A stretch of DNA of 54,255 bases from Candidatus Uhrbacteria bacterium (lineage in GTDB: Bacteria > Patescibacteriota > Patescibacteriia > UBA9934 > GWF2-40-263). The position numbers and the translations under genes are program-made. The notes beneath the pieces were generated by a model, which ran no database searches, was not told the DNA's origin, and worked only from the letters and a program-made list of their open reading frames with translations. Positions within the stretch are counted from its first letter, which is position 1. Every line of letters starts with the position of its first letter. Of this stretch, positions 10,911-20,900 are shown piece by piece. The stretch lies in assembly GCA_903843045.1 (NCBI GenBank), contig CAIMOJ010000027.1, positions 1-54,255 on the forward strand, in the 5' to 3' direction.

Positions 10911-12701
10911 ATGATCAAACGCTCCCGCATCGTTCTTCTCGTCGTTCTTCTTTTGGTCGCCGGCGCGATCGGGTACTTCGTCACGCGTTCCGCGCCGATT
11001 CCCGTGGCGGTGACGGCGCGCGTCGAGAAGGGGTCGCTCGCGCAGACCGTGGAGGTGACCGGGACCGCGGAGACGATCAACGACGTGAGCCTGGCGTTCA
11101 ACGCGTCCGGAACCGTCGACTCTGTCGCCGTCGCGATCGGCGACACGGTGGTCGCGGGGGAGACGCTTGCCTCGCTGAACGCGGACGACCTGTCGGCGGC
11201 GGTGGCGCAGGCGCGGGATTCGGTGACCAGGGCGCAGGCGGAGCTCGACGCGAAGCTTGCCGGGGTTTCGTCCGAGCAGGTCGCGGTGGCCCAGGCCGAC
11301 GTGGCGGTGGCCCAGGCCGCGCTTTCCGCGGCCCAGGCGGACGAGCTTCAGACGACGGCCGTCCAGGACGCGGCCGTGACGAGCGCGGAACAGTCGTTGG
11401 CTCAGGCGAAGACGGACACGGCGCGGACGCTTTCGTCGTCTCGGGAGGATCTCGTCGAGTCCGCACGGTCGACCGTCGCGGAGGTTCGCCACGCGCTGGC
11501 GGACGCGGATACCGTCCTTGGGATTGAGAACACGCTCTATAATCAGACGTTCGAGGACATGCTTGGAAACGAGGGGTCGCAGACCGTGCTCGACGCGACG
11601 AACGCGTTCGCCGTCGCCGCGCGGAGCCGTGACGCGGCGGAGACGGCCTTCCTCGCGATGGACGCGTCGAGCGACACTTCCGTCTCGTCCGTCGTCGCTC
11701 TCGTCGAGCAGTCGTACCGCGACGCGTCCGAGACCCTGCTGCAGACGGCGCGCGTGCTCGACGCGACCGTCTCGGACTCGGCCGACCTTTCCCTCGACGA
11801 CACCAAGGCATACAAGACGACGATCGCCGCGTCGCTCTCCGCGCTGATTTCCGACGGGACCGCGCTGACGAACGCGAAGCAATCCTTCGCCGACGCGCAA
11901 GCCGCTCTTACCGACGACGTCGCCGCCTCGACGAACGCGCTCGCCACGGCCAGGGCCACGCGCGACCGCGCCGAGGCAACCGCCGCCTCCGTCGCCGCGT
12001 CCCGCTCCGCCGACCTCGTCCGCGCCAACGCCTCGCTTGCCAGCCTCATCGTCGCCCCCCGCAACGTGGACGTCGCCTCGCTTCGCGCCTCCATCGCCGC
12101 GGCGCAGGCCGACCTTGCCGGCGCGGTCGCCCGCCTTCAGAAGACGCAGATCGTCGCGCCCATCGACGGGATCGTCACCGCGATCGCGGTCGACCCGGGG
12201 GAATCCGCGTCCGCGGGCCAGACGGCGATGACCGTCCTATCGAGCGGCACCGCGTACGAGGTGTCCATGGACGTTCCGGAATCCGACGTGTCCAAGATTT
12301 CCATCGGCGATCCGGCATCGGCCACGTTCGACGCGCTCGGCGACGCGCGCACGTTCGAGGGGGCGGTCGCGAAGATCGATCCGGCGCAGAAACGGATCGA
12401 GGGCGTCGTGTATTACGCGGCCAAGATCACGCTTTCGAGCGGTCAGGACCTTTCGCTCGTTCGCCCGGGGATGTCGTCGAACGTGACGGTTCGCACCGCG
12501 GAATACGCGGACGCCCTGTCCGTTCCGTCGCGCTCGGTTCTTGTCAGGGACGGTTCCAAGTACGTCCGGCTTCAGGCTGCGGACGGATCGATCGAGGAGC
12601 GCGCGGTACAGGCGGGACTGCACGCCGATGGCGGCAGGACCCAGATCCTGAGCGGATTGGAGGAGGGCGAGACGGTGGTTGTCTCGTTGTCGAAGCCCTA
12701 G
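10911..12701 (+). CDS. Efflux membrane-fusion/adaptor subunit (HlyD/MacA-like) with very long coiled coil
   Basis: N-terminal TM, IVAPIDGIVT lipoyl half, VPESDVSKI and LRPGMS-type barrel motifs, Ala-rich helical insert. Confidence 0.85.
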   Translation: MIKRSRIVLLVVLLLVAGAIGYFVTRSAPIPVAVTARVEKGSLAQTVEVTGTAETINDVSLAFNASGTVDSVAVAIGDTVVAGETLASLNADDLSAAVAQARDSVTRAQAELDAKLAGVSSEQVAVAQADVAVAQAALSAAQADELQTTAVQDAAVTSAEQSLAQAKTDTARTLSSSREDLVESARSTVAEVRHALADADTVLGIENTLYNQTFEDMLGNEGSQTVLDATNAFAVAARSRDAAETAFLAMDASSDTSVSSVVALVEQSYRDASETLLQTARVLDATVSDSADLSLDDTKAYKTTIAASLSALISDGTALTNAKQSFADAQAALTDDVAASTNALATARATRDRAEATAASVAASRSADLVRANASLASLIVAPRNVDVASLRASIAAAQADLAGAVARLQKTQIVAPIDGIVTAIAVDPGESASAGQTAMTVLSSGTAYEVSMDVPESDVSKISIGDPASATFDALGDARTFEGAVAKIDPAQKRIEGVVYYAAKITLSSGQDLSLVRPGMSSNVTVRTAEYADALSVPSRSVLVRDGSKYVRLQAADGSIEERAVQAGLHADGGRTQILSGLEEGETVVVSLSKP

Positions 12702-12702
12702 T

Positions 12703-13377
12703 ATGCCTCTTCCAAAAGTCGAACTCCGCGGCATCACGAAGACGTACGTGAACGGCGACGTGGAAACGCCCGTTCTTCATGGCGTCGACCTGGTGGTGAA
12801 CGCGGGCGAGTTCGTGTCGCTTATGGGTCCGAGCGGATCGGGAAAGTCGACCCTCATGCACATCGTCAGCCTGCTCGACCGGCCGACCTCCGGGACATAC
12901 CTGTTCGACGGGATCGACGTGACGAAGCGCACCGACGTGGAGTGCGCGAAGCTGCGGCTCGAGAAGATCGGCTTCGTATTCCAGGCGTTCCACCTGCTTC
13001 CGCGCCTGACCGCCGTCGAGAACGTCATGCTTCCGCTTTTATATACGACGGACAAGCCGTCGAGCCGTCTTTCCCGGGCCAAGGCCGTCCTTGCCGACGT
13101 CGGACTTTCCGACCGCGAGGATTTCCTTCCGTCCCAGTTGTCGGGAGGCCAAAAGCAGCGCGTGGCCATCGCGAGGGCGCTCGTGAACAATCCGACGGTG
13201 TTGTTCGCGGACGAGCCGACCGGAAACCTCGACTCGAAGTCGAGCGAGCAGGTGCTGAACATCCTCCGCGACCTGTGCAAGAAGGACGGACGTACCGTGA
13301 TGATGGTCACCCACGAGGAAGAGGCCGCCGCATTCAGCGACCGGGTGATTCGAATCCGGGACGGAAAAATTTTATAG
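12703..13377 (+). CDS. ABC transporter ATP-binding protein (LolD/MacB-type)
   Basis: GPSGSGKST, LSGGQKQRVAIARAL, FADEPTGNLDS; ATG one base after upstream TAG. Confidence 0.93.
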   Translation: MPLPKVELRGITKTYVNGDVETPVLHGVDLVVNAGEFVSLMGPSGSGKSTLMHIVSLLDRPTSGTYLFDGIDVTKRTDVECAKLRLEKIGFVFQAFHLLPRLTAVENVMLPLLYTTDKPSSRLSRAKAVLADVGLSDREDFLPSQLSGGQKQRVAIARALVNNPTVLFADEPTGNLDSKSSEQVLNILRDLCKKDGRTVMMVTHEEEAAAFSDRVIRIRDGKIL

Positions 13378-13378
13378 T

Positions 13379-14611
13379 ATGCGCCTGATCGACCTCACGA
13401 CAACCGCGTACGAGTCATTGCGCCGGAACGTGTCCCGCTCGCTTCTGACCGTCCTTGGCATCGTCATCGGGATCGCGGCCGTCATTTTGATGCTGTCGCT
13501 CGGGCAGGGGGCGCAGGCATACGTGCTCAACCAGGTGTCGGCGCTGGGTTCGGACGTCATGTTCGTGGAGGCGGGCAGCGGCAGCAGCGAGGGAGGGCCG
13601 CCGTCGCCGTTTACCGACCAGTCGCTCCGGCTCGAGGACGCGGAGGCGCTCGTGGCGCAGGGTCCGTTCGAGTATGCCTCGTCGGTGGTTATTACGAGCA
13701 CGGCGGTTTCCGCGGGCGAGAACAGCGCGTTCACCGAGATCGCCGGCGTCGACCAGCTTCAGCTCGACGTATTCCCGGCAACGATCGCCTCGGGACGGTT
13801 CGTGGAGGCCGAGGACGTGGCAGGGCATGCGCGCGTGGCCGTCCTCGGGAGCGAGATCGCCGCCGACCTGTTCGGAGACCAGGATCCGATCGGCCAGCGC
13901 GTGCTCGTGAAGCGGCTTGCCATGCGCGTGGTGGGAGTGCTCGATCCGCAGGGGAGCAAGTTCTTCCAGAACCTCGACAAGCGAATATACATCCCCGTCA
14001 CGACGGGCCAGCGCGAGCTGCTCGGGGTCGACTACGTCCATTACATCGCGGCCAAGGCGACGGGCGACATCGAACAGGCCAAGGATGACGCGCGCGCGAT
14101 TCTCCGCGACGCGCACAACATCGACAACCCGGAGCAGGACCTGTCGAAGGACGACTTCCATGTCTCAAGCCAGGCCGACGCCGTGGCCATCATCGGCGCG
14201 GTCGGATTCGCGCTCACCGCGCTCCTGTCGTCCATCGCGGCCATCTCGCTCCTGGTCGGAGGGATCGGCATTATGAACATGATGCTCGTGTCGGTCACGG
14301 AACGGACGCGCGAGATCGGCTTGCGGAAGGCGATCGGCGCCACCGAGTCCGAGGTGCTCCAACAGTTCCTTCTTGAGGCGGTGATGCTCACCCTTCTCGG
14401 CGGCGTCCTCGGCATCGCGCTCGGCATCGGCGGGTCGTTCGCGGCGTCGATCGTCATCCGACACTTCGTCCCGGTCTGGGCGTTCATCGTCCCGCCCTCT
14501 GGAGTCGCGGTCAGCGCGACGGTCGCGACGATTACCGGAATTGCCTTCGGGTACTATCCCGCAAGGCGCGCCGCCCGCCTCGACGCCATCGAGGCGCTGC
14601 GATACGAGTAA
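13379..14611 (+). CDS. ABC permease, MacB/FtsX family
   Basis: RSLLTVLGIVIGIAAV, GGIGIMNMMLVSVTERTREIGLRKAIGA, PARRAARLDAIEALRYE. Confidence 0.93.
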   Translation: MRLIDLTTTAYESLRRNVSRSLLTVLGIVIGIAAVILMLSLGQGAQAYVLNQVSALGSDVMFVEAGSGSSEGGPPSPFTDQSLRLEDAEALVAQGPFEYASSVVITSTAVSAGENSAFTEIAGVDQLQLDVFPATIASGRFVEAEDVAGHARVAVLGSEIAADLFGDQDPIGQRVLVKRLAMRVVGVLDPQGSKFFQNLDKRIYIPVTTGQRELLGVDYVHYIAAKATGDIEQAKDDARAILRDAHNIDNPEQDLSKDDFHVSSQADAVAIIGAVGFALTALLSSIAAISLLVGGIGIMNMMLVSVTERTREIGLRKAIGATESEVLQQFLLEAVMLTLLGGVLGIALGIGGSFAASIVIRHFVPVWAFIVPPSGVAVSATVATITGIAFGYYPARRAARLDAIEALRYE

Positions 14612-14615
14612 ACTT

Positions 14616-14649
14616 AAACGTCCCGATCTCGCAAGCGACCGGGACGTTT
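14616..14649. terminator. Hairpin terminator after the ABC operon
   Basis: AAACGTCCCG / CGGGACGTTT inverted repeat. Confidence 0.55.
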
Positions 14650-14690
14650 ATCGATAGCAGACCCCAATCGCGGAACCATCGCGGAAATCG

Positions 14691-14726
14691 AAACGGCCCC
14701 GCCTCTCGCGAGACGGGGCCGTTTTT
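14691..14726. terminator. Bidirectional terminator downstream of tRNA-Asp
   Basis: AAACGGCCCCG / CGGGGCCGTTT with A and T runs on both sides. Confidence 0.65.
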
Positions 14727-14739
14727 CGTAAGCAGATCC

Positions 14740-14817
14740 TGGCGGACCGGAAGGGATTCGAACCCTCGATCTTCTCCGTGACAGGGAGACATGTTAACCG
14801 GACTACACCACCGGTCC
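14740..14817 (-). tRNA. tRNA-Asp (GTC), encoded CCA
   Basis: GGACCGG acceptor pairs CCGGTCC; anticodon arm TCTCC-CTGTCAC-GGAGA; T-loop TTCGAAT; ends GCCA (78 nt). Confidence 0.96.
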
Positions 14818-14843
14818 ATCAGGATCTGCTCCCGAACGACGAA

Positions 14844-14872
14844 ATAGTATCACGGGGAGAAAAGGGTGGCAA
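14844..14872 (-). promoter_or_regulatory. Promoter of tRNA-Asp
   Basis: TTGCCA-N17-TACTAT. Confidence 0.65.
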
Positions 14873-14952
14873 GGGGGCTGGGGATAGCGGGAATGTCGCT
14901 GATTGTGGACATTTCCCAGGATCTGTGATAGAAATCCGTCCGGAGAGAAACG

Positions 14953-15183
14953 ATGTATACCCTCGCCCAGTTCCTTGTACTCGACATCAGGTCCCTCAAG
15001 CTCCCGAAGCCCGACTGCGTCATCTGCAAGAAGCCGATCCGCGGCGTTCACTCGGATGACCTCCGGATGATCCCGGCCGGTCCCGTGCATGACGACTGCT
15101 ACTTTCACGAGCTCGGCAATCTCGTCGAGGCGCATCCGCCCCGCGGCCCGAGGCATGGGCATGGTTCGGCGGGGCTCTCGTGA
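14953..15183 (+). CDS. Small putative zinc-binding protein (CxxC...HxxC)
   Basis: CVICKKPI and HDDCY motifs; upstream TGGACA-N17-TAGAAA and GGAG. Confidence 0.55.
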   Translation: MYTLAQFLVLDIRSLKLPKPDCVICKKPIRGVHSDDLRMIPAGPVHDDCYFHELGNLVEAHPPRGPRHGHGSAGLS

Positions 15184-15728
15184 GACGAATCGAAGGGATC
15201 ACCCCGCTCGTCGCGCCCATGTACCGCGACGACAACGGTCGCCTTCGTCCCGATCCTCCCGGGGTCGCGGTGCTTGGGCGGGACTATCCCAGTCCGCCCT
15301 CGGAAGAATCCCTTGAGCGAATCTCCTCGCTCGGGGGCGATTATCCGAATCTTGTGCTCCACCTGATGGAGTTCTACGAGCGCGCCGACCACGGACCCGA
15401 CTTCGACCGATGGACGCCGCGCCTCGTCATGGCACTCGCCCCGACGCTTTCGGATGAGACGCGCGGCATGATCGGAACGTTCGGTATCGACCGTGTCTGT
15501 CGCGTCACCCTGGTCGCGTCGCGGCAGCAGGCGTGGGACGTTCTCCGCGCCGCCTGCGACCTCGGCCCGTTCGCCGCCGAGCGCGCGGCCGCGTCGCTCC
15601 CGTACTTCGAGCGGAGCGTCCTTCCGGAAACGTCCGACGACCCCGCCGTCGACCTCGACCCCGCGCTTTCCACCTGGCTCGTTGGCTGGTACGCGCTGTA
15701 CGCGTTTCAGACCGGAAAGATCGGCTGA
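15180..15728 (+). CDS. Hypothetical protein (182 aa)
   Basis: GTGA overlap with the previous ORF; normal composition; no recognised domain. Confidence 0.55.
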   Translation: MRRIEGITPLVAPMYRDDNGRLRPDPPGVAVLGRDYPSPPSEESLERISSLGGDYPNLVLHLMEFYERADHGPDFDRWTPRLVMALAPTLSDETRGMIGTFGIDRVCRVTLVASRQQAWDVLRAACDLGPFAAERAAASLPYFERSVLPETSDDPAVDLDPALSTWLVGWYALYAFQTGKIG

Positions 15729-15809
15729 CCCCCTGCGTCTCGACGTTCGTCTCGGCGCTTTTTCTTTTGGGGAGAGTGTGAGAAAATGAGCAAAAGTCAT
15801 GAAAATTTT

Positions 15810-17051
15810 ATGTTGAAGAGAATCGGCCTTATCGTCGGAATTACCATGGCTCTGGCGGGATCCGGCTGCGTGACGAATCGCGTCGCGGAGCCTGTTCGTC
15901 CGGCCGTCGTCGCGCCCGCGCCAATCGTCGATGCGACGGAGACGGGATGGAAGACATACGCCAGCGATGGGTGCGGGATGACGTTTCGGTATCCGAGCGA
16001 CTGGACCGTCTCGAAGGACGCGGAGACGCGGATCGTGCTGACGAAGCCGAACGTGGACGGCGGACAGATTGCGCCTCCGGGATACGACGTCGCGCTGTTC
16101 TGCTGGGCCGACCTGAAGGAAGCGATCGCGCAGGATGCCGCGGGTCCGCTCGGGACGTCGTCGACGACGATCGCGGAGTACGTTACCGCGAATGCCGACG
16201 CGACGACCGTTGCCAGCGGTCCGAAGACCGTCGCCGGGCAGACGGTCGTCGAGCAGATCGTCGGCGGCATGGGGGTGGTCGACCAGCTTTGGATAGAACG
16301 TGACGGCGTATACATGCTTTCGTTTCCCGGAGCGAACGAATCGACCGCGCTTACGGCCGACGACCAGGCGATCCTCTCAAGCCTCGCGTTCACGGGAACG
16401 CCCGTCTCGATGTACGACGCGGACGGCTACTGGCAGCAGCCGACGCGGCTTGCCGTCGACGGCGCTTGTATTGATCGCGACGCGAACGGCGCGGTCGTCG
16501 GGGTGACGAAGGGATGCGGTGATTTCGGGGAGACACAGCTTCCTGGCGGGATGCGCGCGCGGTTTTTGCCGGACCCGACGGACAAGACCAAGGTCCAGCT
16601 GGCATTGTTTGACGGTCCGAACGAGTGGACCGCCTCGCGCCTGACGCTTTCCGGCGACGAGATGACGAATCTCGACGATCTTGCCGTAAATATCGTGGGA
16701 GTCGTCGGCGCGTGGGTCTTCGTCGAGGACCTGACAGGACACGAGTCCGGCGCCCGGGCGTTCGTTTACGGCCCGACCGGCTGGAATTCTCTCAATGTCT
16801 GGGAAACCCTGAAGGCGACCTTCCCGGATGCGATGGAGCCGCCGTTCTCGATCCGCCTCGCGACGGAAGGGAAGGGCGAGCTGCTCGTCACGGAACAGAA
16901 CGGCATCGGCGGCCCGGCATACAGCGAGTCGCCCGAGTCGCTTCGATTGGCCCGGATTGAGAACCGCATGCGGTATGTCCTCCGGATGACGGGCGATATC
17001 GGCGGCGTTCCGACGTTCGAGGTCGTTCGTTCGGAGAAGATCCCTCGATAG
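15810..17051 (+). CDS. Lipoprotein with PsbP-like N-terminal domain
   Basis: Lipobox LAGSGC; GWKTY...MTFRYPSDW motif; alternative start at 15786. Confidence 0.65.
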   Translation: MLKRIGLIVGITMALAGSGCVTNRVAEPVRPAVVAPAPIVDATETGWKTYASDGCGMTFRYPSDWTVSKDAETRIVLTKPNVDGGQIAPPGYDVALFCWADLKEAIAQDAAGPLGTSSTTIAEYVTANADATTVASGPKTVAGQTVVEQIVGGMGVVDQLWIERDGVYMLSFPGANESTALTADDQAILSSLAFTGTPVSMYDADGYWQQPTRLAVDGACIDRDANGAVVGVTKGCGDFGETQLPGGMRARFLPDPTDKTKVQLALFDGPNEWTASRLTLSGDEMTNLDDLAVNIVGVVGAWVFVEDLTGHESGARAFVYGPTGWNSLNVWETLKATFPDAMEPPFSIRLATEGKGELLVTEQNGIGGPAYSESPESLRLARIENRMRYVLRMTGDIGGVPTFEVVRSEKIPR

Positions 17052-17052
17052 T

Positions 17053-17865
17053 ATGCACGATATTCTTTCAATCTCGTCCGTGGCAACGCTTAACTCCGGC
17101 ACGGCCATGCCGCTCCTCGGCCTCGGCGTCTACCAGATCCCAAGCGGACAACCGACCATTCAAGCCGTCCTTTGGGCGCTCGAAGCCGGATACCGTCACA
17201 TCGACACCGCGTCCTTCTACGGAAACGAGGCGGACGTGGGCGTTGCGATCCGGCAGTCGGGAATCTCGCGATCGGAGATCTTCGTGACCACCAAGCTTTG
17301 GCCCACGGACTATTTTCGGGCCGAGGCGGCGTGTCGCGACAGCCTATCGAAACTCGGGCTCGACTATCTCGATCTTTACCTTCTCCATTGGCCGGCCCCG
17401 ATTGGCAAGAAGCAGGCGTGGTCGGCGCTTGAGAAATTGCATCGCGACGGAATATGCCGCGCGATCGGGGTGAGCAACTTTACGTCCGCGCAGATTGCTG
17501 CGCTTGGAAAATCGTCGACGATCGTCCCGGCCGTGAACCAGGTGGAGTTCAGCCCGTTCCGTTTTCAGAAAACGCTTCTCGCCGACAGCCAATCGAAGGG
17601 AATCCAGCTTGAAGCCTACAGCCCGCTCACCCGCGGCAAGCGTCTCCTCGACCCGCGCATCACGGCAATCGCCGAGTCGCACGGCAAGAGTAACGCCCAG
17701 GTTCTCATCCGCTGGTCGCTCCAGCACGGCCTCGTCGTGATCCCGAAGTCATCGTCGCTGAAGCGCATCGTCGAGAACGCGAACGTCTTCGACTTCGTCC
17801 TCTCCGCCGAGGACATGGCCAAGCTCGACGCGCTCGATGAGAATTATCGCGCGCTGTTCAAGTGA
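17053..17865 (+). CDS. Aldo/keto reductase (2,5-DKG-reductase-like)
   Basis: GYRHIDTASFYGNE, FVTTKLW, YLDLYLLHWP, IGVSNF, IPKSSS. Confidence 0.93.
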   Translation: MHDILSISSVATLNSGTAMPLLGLGVYQIPSGQPTIQAVLWALEAGYRHIDTASFYGNEADVGVAIRQSGISRSEIFVTTKLWPTDYFRAEAACRDSLSKLGLDYLDLYLLHWPAPIGKKQAWSALEKLHRDGICRAIGVSNFTSAQIAALGKSSTIVPAVNQVEFSPFRFQKTLLADSQSKGIQLEAYSPLTRGKRLLDPRITAIAESHGKSNAQVLIRWSLQHGLVVIPKSSSLKRIVENANVFDFVLSAEDMAKLDALDENYRALFK

Positions 17866-17889
17866 CCGTGTCTAAAGATATCAAAAGCA

Positions 17890-17921
17890 AAAGAGCCGCG
17901 ACCCAAGCGTCGCGGCTCTTT
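17890..17921. terminator. Bidirectional terminator
   Basis: AAAGAGCCGCGAC / GTCGCGGCTCTTT perfect 13-bp stem between convergent genes. Confidence 0.8.
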
Positions 17922-17932
17922 GCGTAGAAAGC

Positions 17933-20900
17933 TTACTCGTGAATCACGAGGTTGGCACGTTTCTTCATTGTCGATAGGCTGACCATCGACGAGTCGGAAG
18001 CCGTCATGTCATCGCCGCGGACGTACCAGTGGAATGCCGTCGGCGGGAGGTCGAGGACGTAGTCGCTCCAGGACGCTCCGAAGAGGGCCGAGGCCGTGTC
18101 CTCGCTCGGGACCCAGTGCGTCGTGTGCTGGGCGAAGACGGACGGCGCCGTGCTGAGGAACGTCTCCGGGGTGGAGGCGACCTTCACGAGCGTGACGCCG
18201 GCCTTCGGGAGCATCAGGGCGTCGACCGGCAGGAAGGGAAGCGTGGCGTCGGTCACGACGCGGACGCTGGCGAACGAGTCCTGGTACGTGGCGAAGGTGG
18301 CCTCGTTCAGGAACGGCCGGCGGTGGAAGTCCTCGGTGACGAAGTACACCGTCGAATAGGACGCGCCGCGAATGTAGTCGCCCGGGGCCACCGTGTCCAC
18401 GGGTTCCGTCTCGCCGTCGTATGGGGAGGGGGCGGTGGCGGAGGCAGGAGTGCCCGGCGGAAGGGTCTCGCCCGTTTCCGTCACGAGGGCCGCGTCGTCG
18501 GTCGTGTCGCCGGACACGGTCGAACCGTCCGTCGTTTCGGGATCCGGTTCGGTCACCGCCGTCGATCCGCCGCCGGAGGACGATGAGCCGCACGAATCCG
18601 TCCGGAACGTCATGTCGTCTCCGTAGGACGTGTCGACCTCGTTCACGGCGTATCCGCGGTAGTGATAGGTGGTGTGACAGGAGAGTGATTCTATTCCGAG
18701 CGAGAACTGGACGGCGGTGTACTCGGACTCGTTGGATACCGATCCCGTGTAGTCCTCGGTCAGTCCGTATTGGAATCCGACCTCCGAAACGTTGGCTGAG
18801 CCGACGTCCATGATCTCGGCGTTCAGCATCGCGTCGCGTTTGTTGACGGAGGTCGCGGCGTAGGTCTCGACGGATGGGACGCGATCCGAAAGCGCAAAGA
18901 TCGCCGTCGGAGAAAGGGCGACGTCATAGGCGCGCACCTCGTCGATCTGGCCCGAAAAGTTGTTTCCCTCCGGGTCCCATACGGACGCGCCTATGTTGAA
19001 GGCGTCGTCCGGCGAATCGCCGTAGTCGCCACTGGCGTGGTCGAAGACGGTCCTGACCGCCTCGCCGTCTACGTACAGGCGAACGGACTCCCCGTTTCCG
19101 ACGCAGGCCACGTGGTGCCATTCGCTCAGCGGGAAAAGGTCCTCGTCAAAGTGCCAGGACGCGCTTCCTCCGTTCTGCGTGACGCAGGTCATGAAGTTCC
19201 CGCCCTCGTTTTGCTCGAATCCGAACTCGATCGTATCGTTCTGCCCGAAGAACGCGATTCGGTCGCCATCGGCCGTCGGACGAATCCATCCGGCAAGGGT
19301 AAACGCCGTCATGTCGCCGAACGAGAGGTCTGTGCTCACCTGGTCGTCCGTACCGTCAAAGTCCATCGAGAACGGGTTGGATACGCTCAGGTCGCGCACG
19401 TTTTCGCTCCAGACGGCCGTTTCGTTGGCTCCGTCCGGTCCGCTCCAGGTTCCGTGATGCTCGCTCACGGAATCGCAGGCATCCGCCTCGCCGTCGCAGG
19501 TTCCCGGCTCGCCCTCGTTGAATTTCCAGTAACCGAGCATATCGGAACCCTCGGCGTCCGATGTGGCATTCCGCTGCCAGAAAAAGTACGGATATCCGCC
19601 GTTGGTCTCGGGGTCGATCGTCCAATAGTCGTCGGTGGACGCGTCGTCATTCTGCACCCCACTAAAATCCCATGGGGCGTCCAATCCGACAGTCTCCAGA
19701 CTCGTGAAGGTGGAAGCGTCCGTCATTTCCAGTGTGGTCTTCATCGTTCCCACGCCGTTGTCTCCCTCGTCCGTCGTCTCTCCGTCATAAAAGGAGTTCG
19801 TCACGTCTCCGCCGTTGGATCCAACGAGTCCGCCGATGCCGTCGCCCCCATCCGCGAAGGTCACGTGTCCGACGGCGTATGACCTGTCGACGGACCCGGA
19901 GTTGTTTCCGACGAGTCCGCCGACAGAAAACGTGCCGTTCACGTCGCCCGTCGCGTAGTCGTTCACGATGTTTCCGCCGCCATAGTTGTTTCCGACGAGC
20001 CCACCGACGTTGCTGAATCCGGAAATCGTCGCGGAGGAGTAGGAGCGCTGGATGGTATCCGATCCGTTGTGGCCTCCCACCAGCCCGCCGACGTCACAGT
20101 ATCCCGAGACGGATCCGGTCGAATAGACGTTCGTGATCGTTCCGTCGTTGCGGCCGGCGATCGCGCCGACGTCGCACTCGTCGTTGTCGTTTATGTCGAC
20201 GTCCTCCATTCCAAAATTCTGGACGTTCGCGCCTTCGTCCACGTAGGAAAACAGGCCGAGCGTGTACGCGTTGCGGTCCATGTACAGGCCGGTGATCACG
20301 AAGCCCTGGCCGTCGAATGTTCCCGTGAAGCGTTCCTCGTAATTTCCGATCGGGTCGAAGCCCGCGCCGTCGTTGTACAGCGCCGCGTCAAAATTCGGAT
20401 CCTCCCCGTCGGAGATCCCCGTAGCGGAGCAGTCGATGTTTGATTTCAAGCGAAATGTCGCGTCAAGGTACTCGTCGACGCGCTGAAGATCTTCGCAGGT
20501 CGCGACGACGTACGGGCTGTCCGTCGTTCCGTCTCCGGCCAGCGGGTAGGGCGGGGTGGCACCATAGGAAAAATAGATCAGCGCGCCCCCTCCATTTTCA
20601 TAATACTCGACTTTGATGTCGTGGTCTCCCGCGGAAACGGCGACGTCCGTCGTAAACGTCTCGCCGCCGCCCTGGTCGAACCACTCGTCCAGGATCAGTT
20701 CGTCATCAAGATAGACTCGCGCCCCGTCGTCCGAACGCACGCTGAACGTGTACGTTCCCTCGTCAAAGGCGGCCGTCTTCGTCCAGCGGGCGGCGAAGTG
20801 GTCGGAATTGATCGATCCGCTCGGGGAACCGTCATCCCAGTTGAAGTTCACGTCCGCGCCCAGGCTTGTCACGTCCGGCTCGCCGACCGGGAATGCCGGT

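Noticed and set aside
14740-17865. Integrated island at tRNA-Asp or at tmRNA
   Set aside because: No duplicated 3' fragment of either RNA and no integrase was found in the window.
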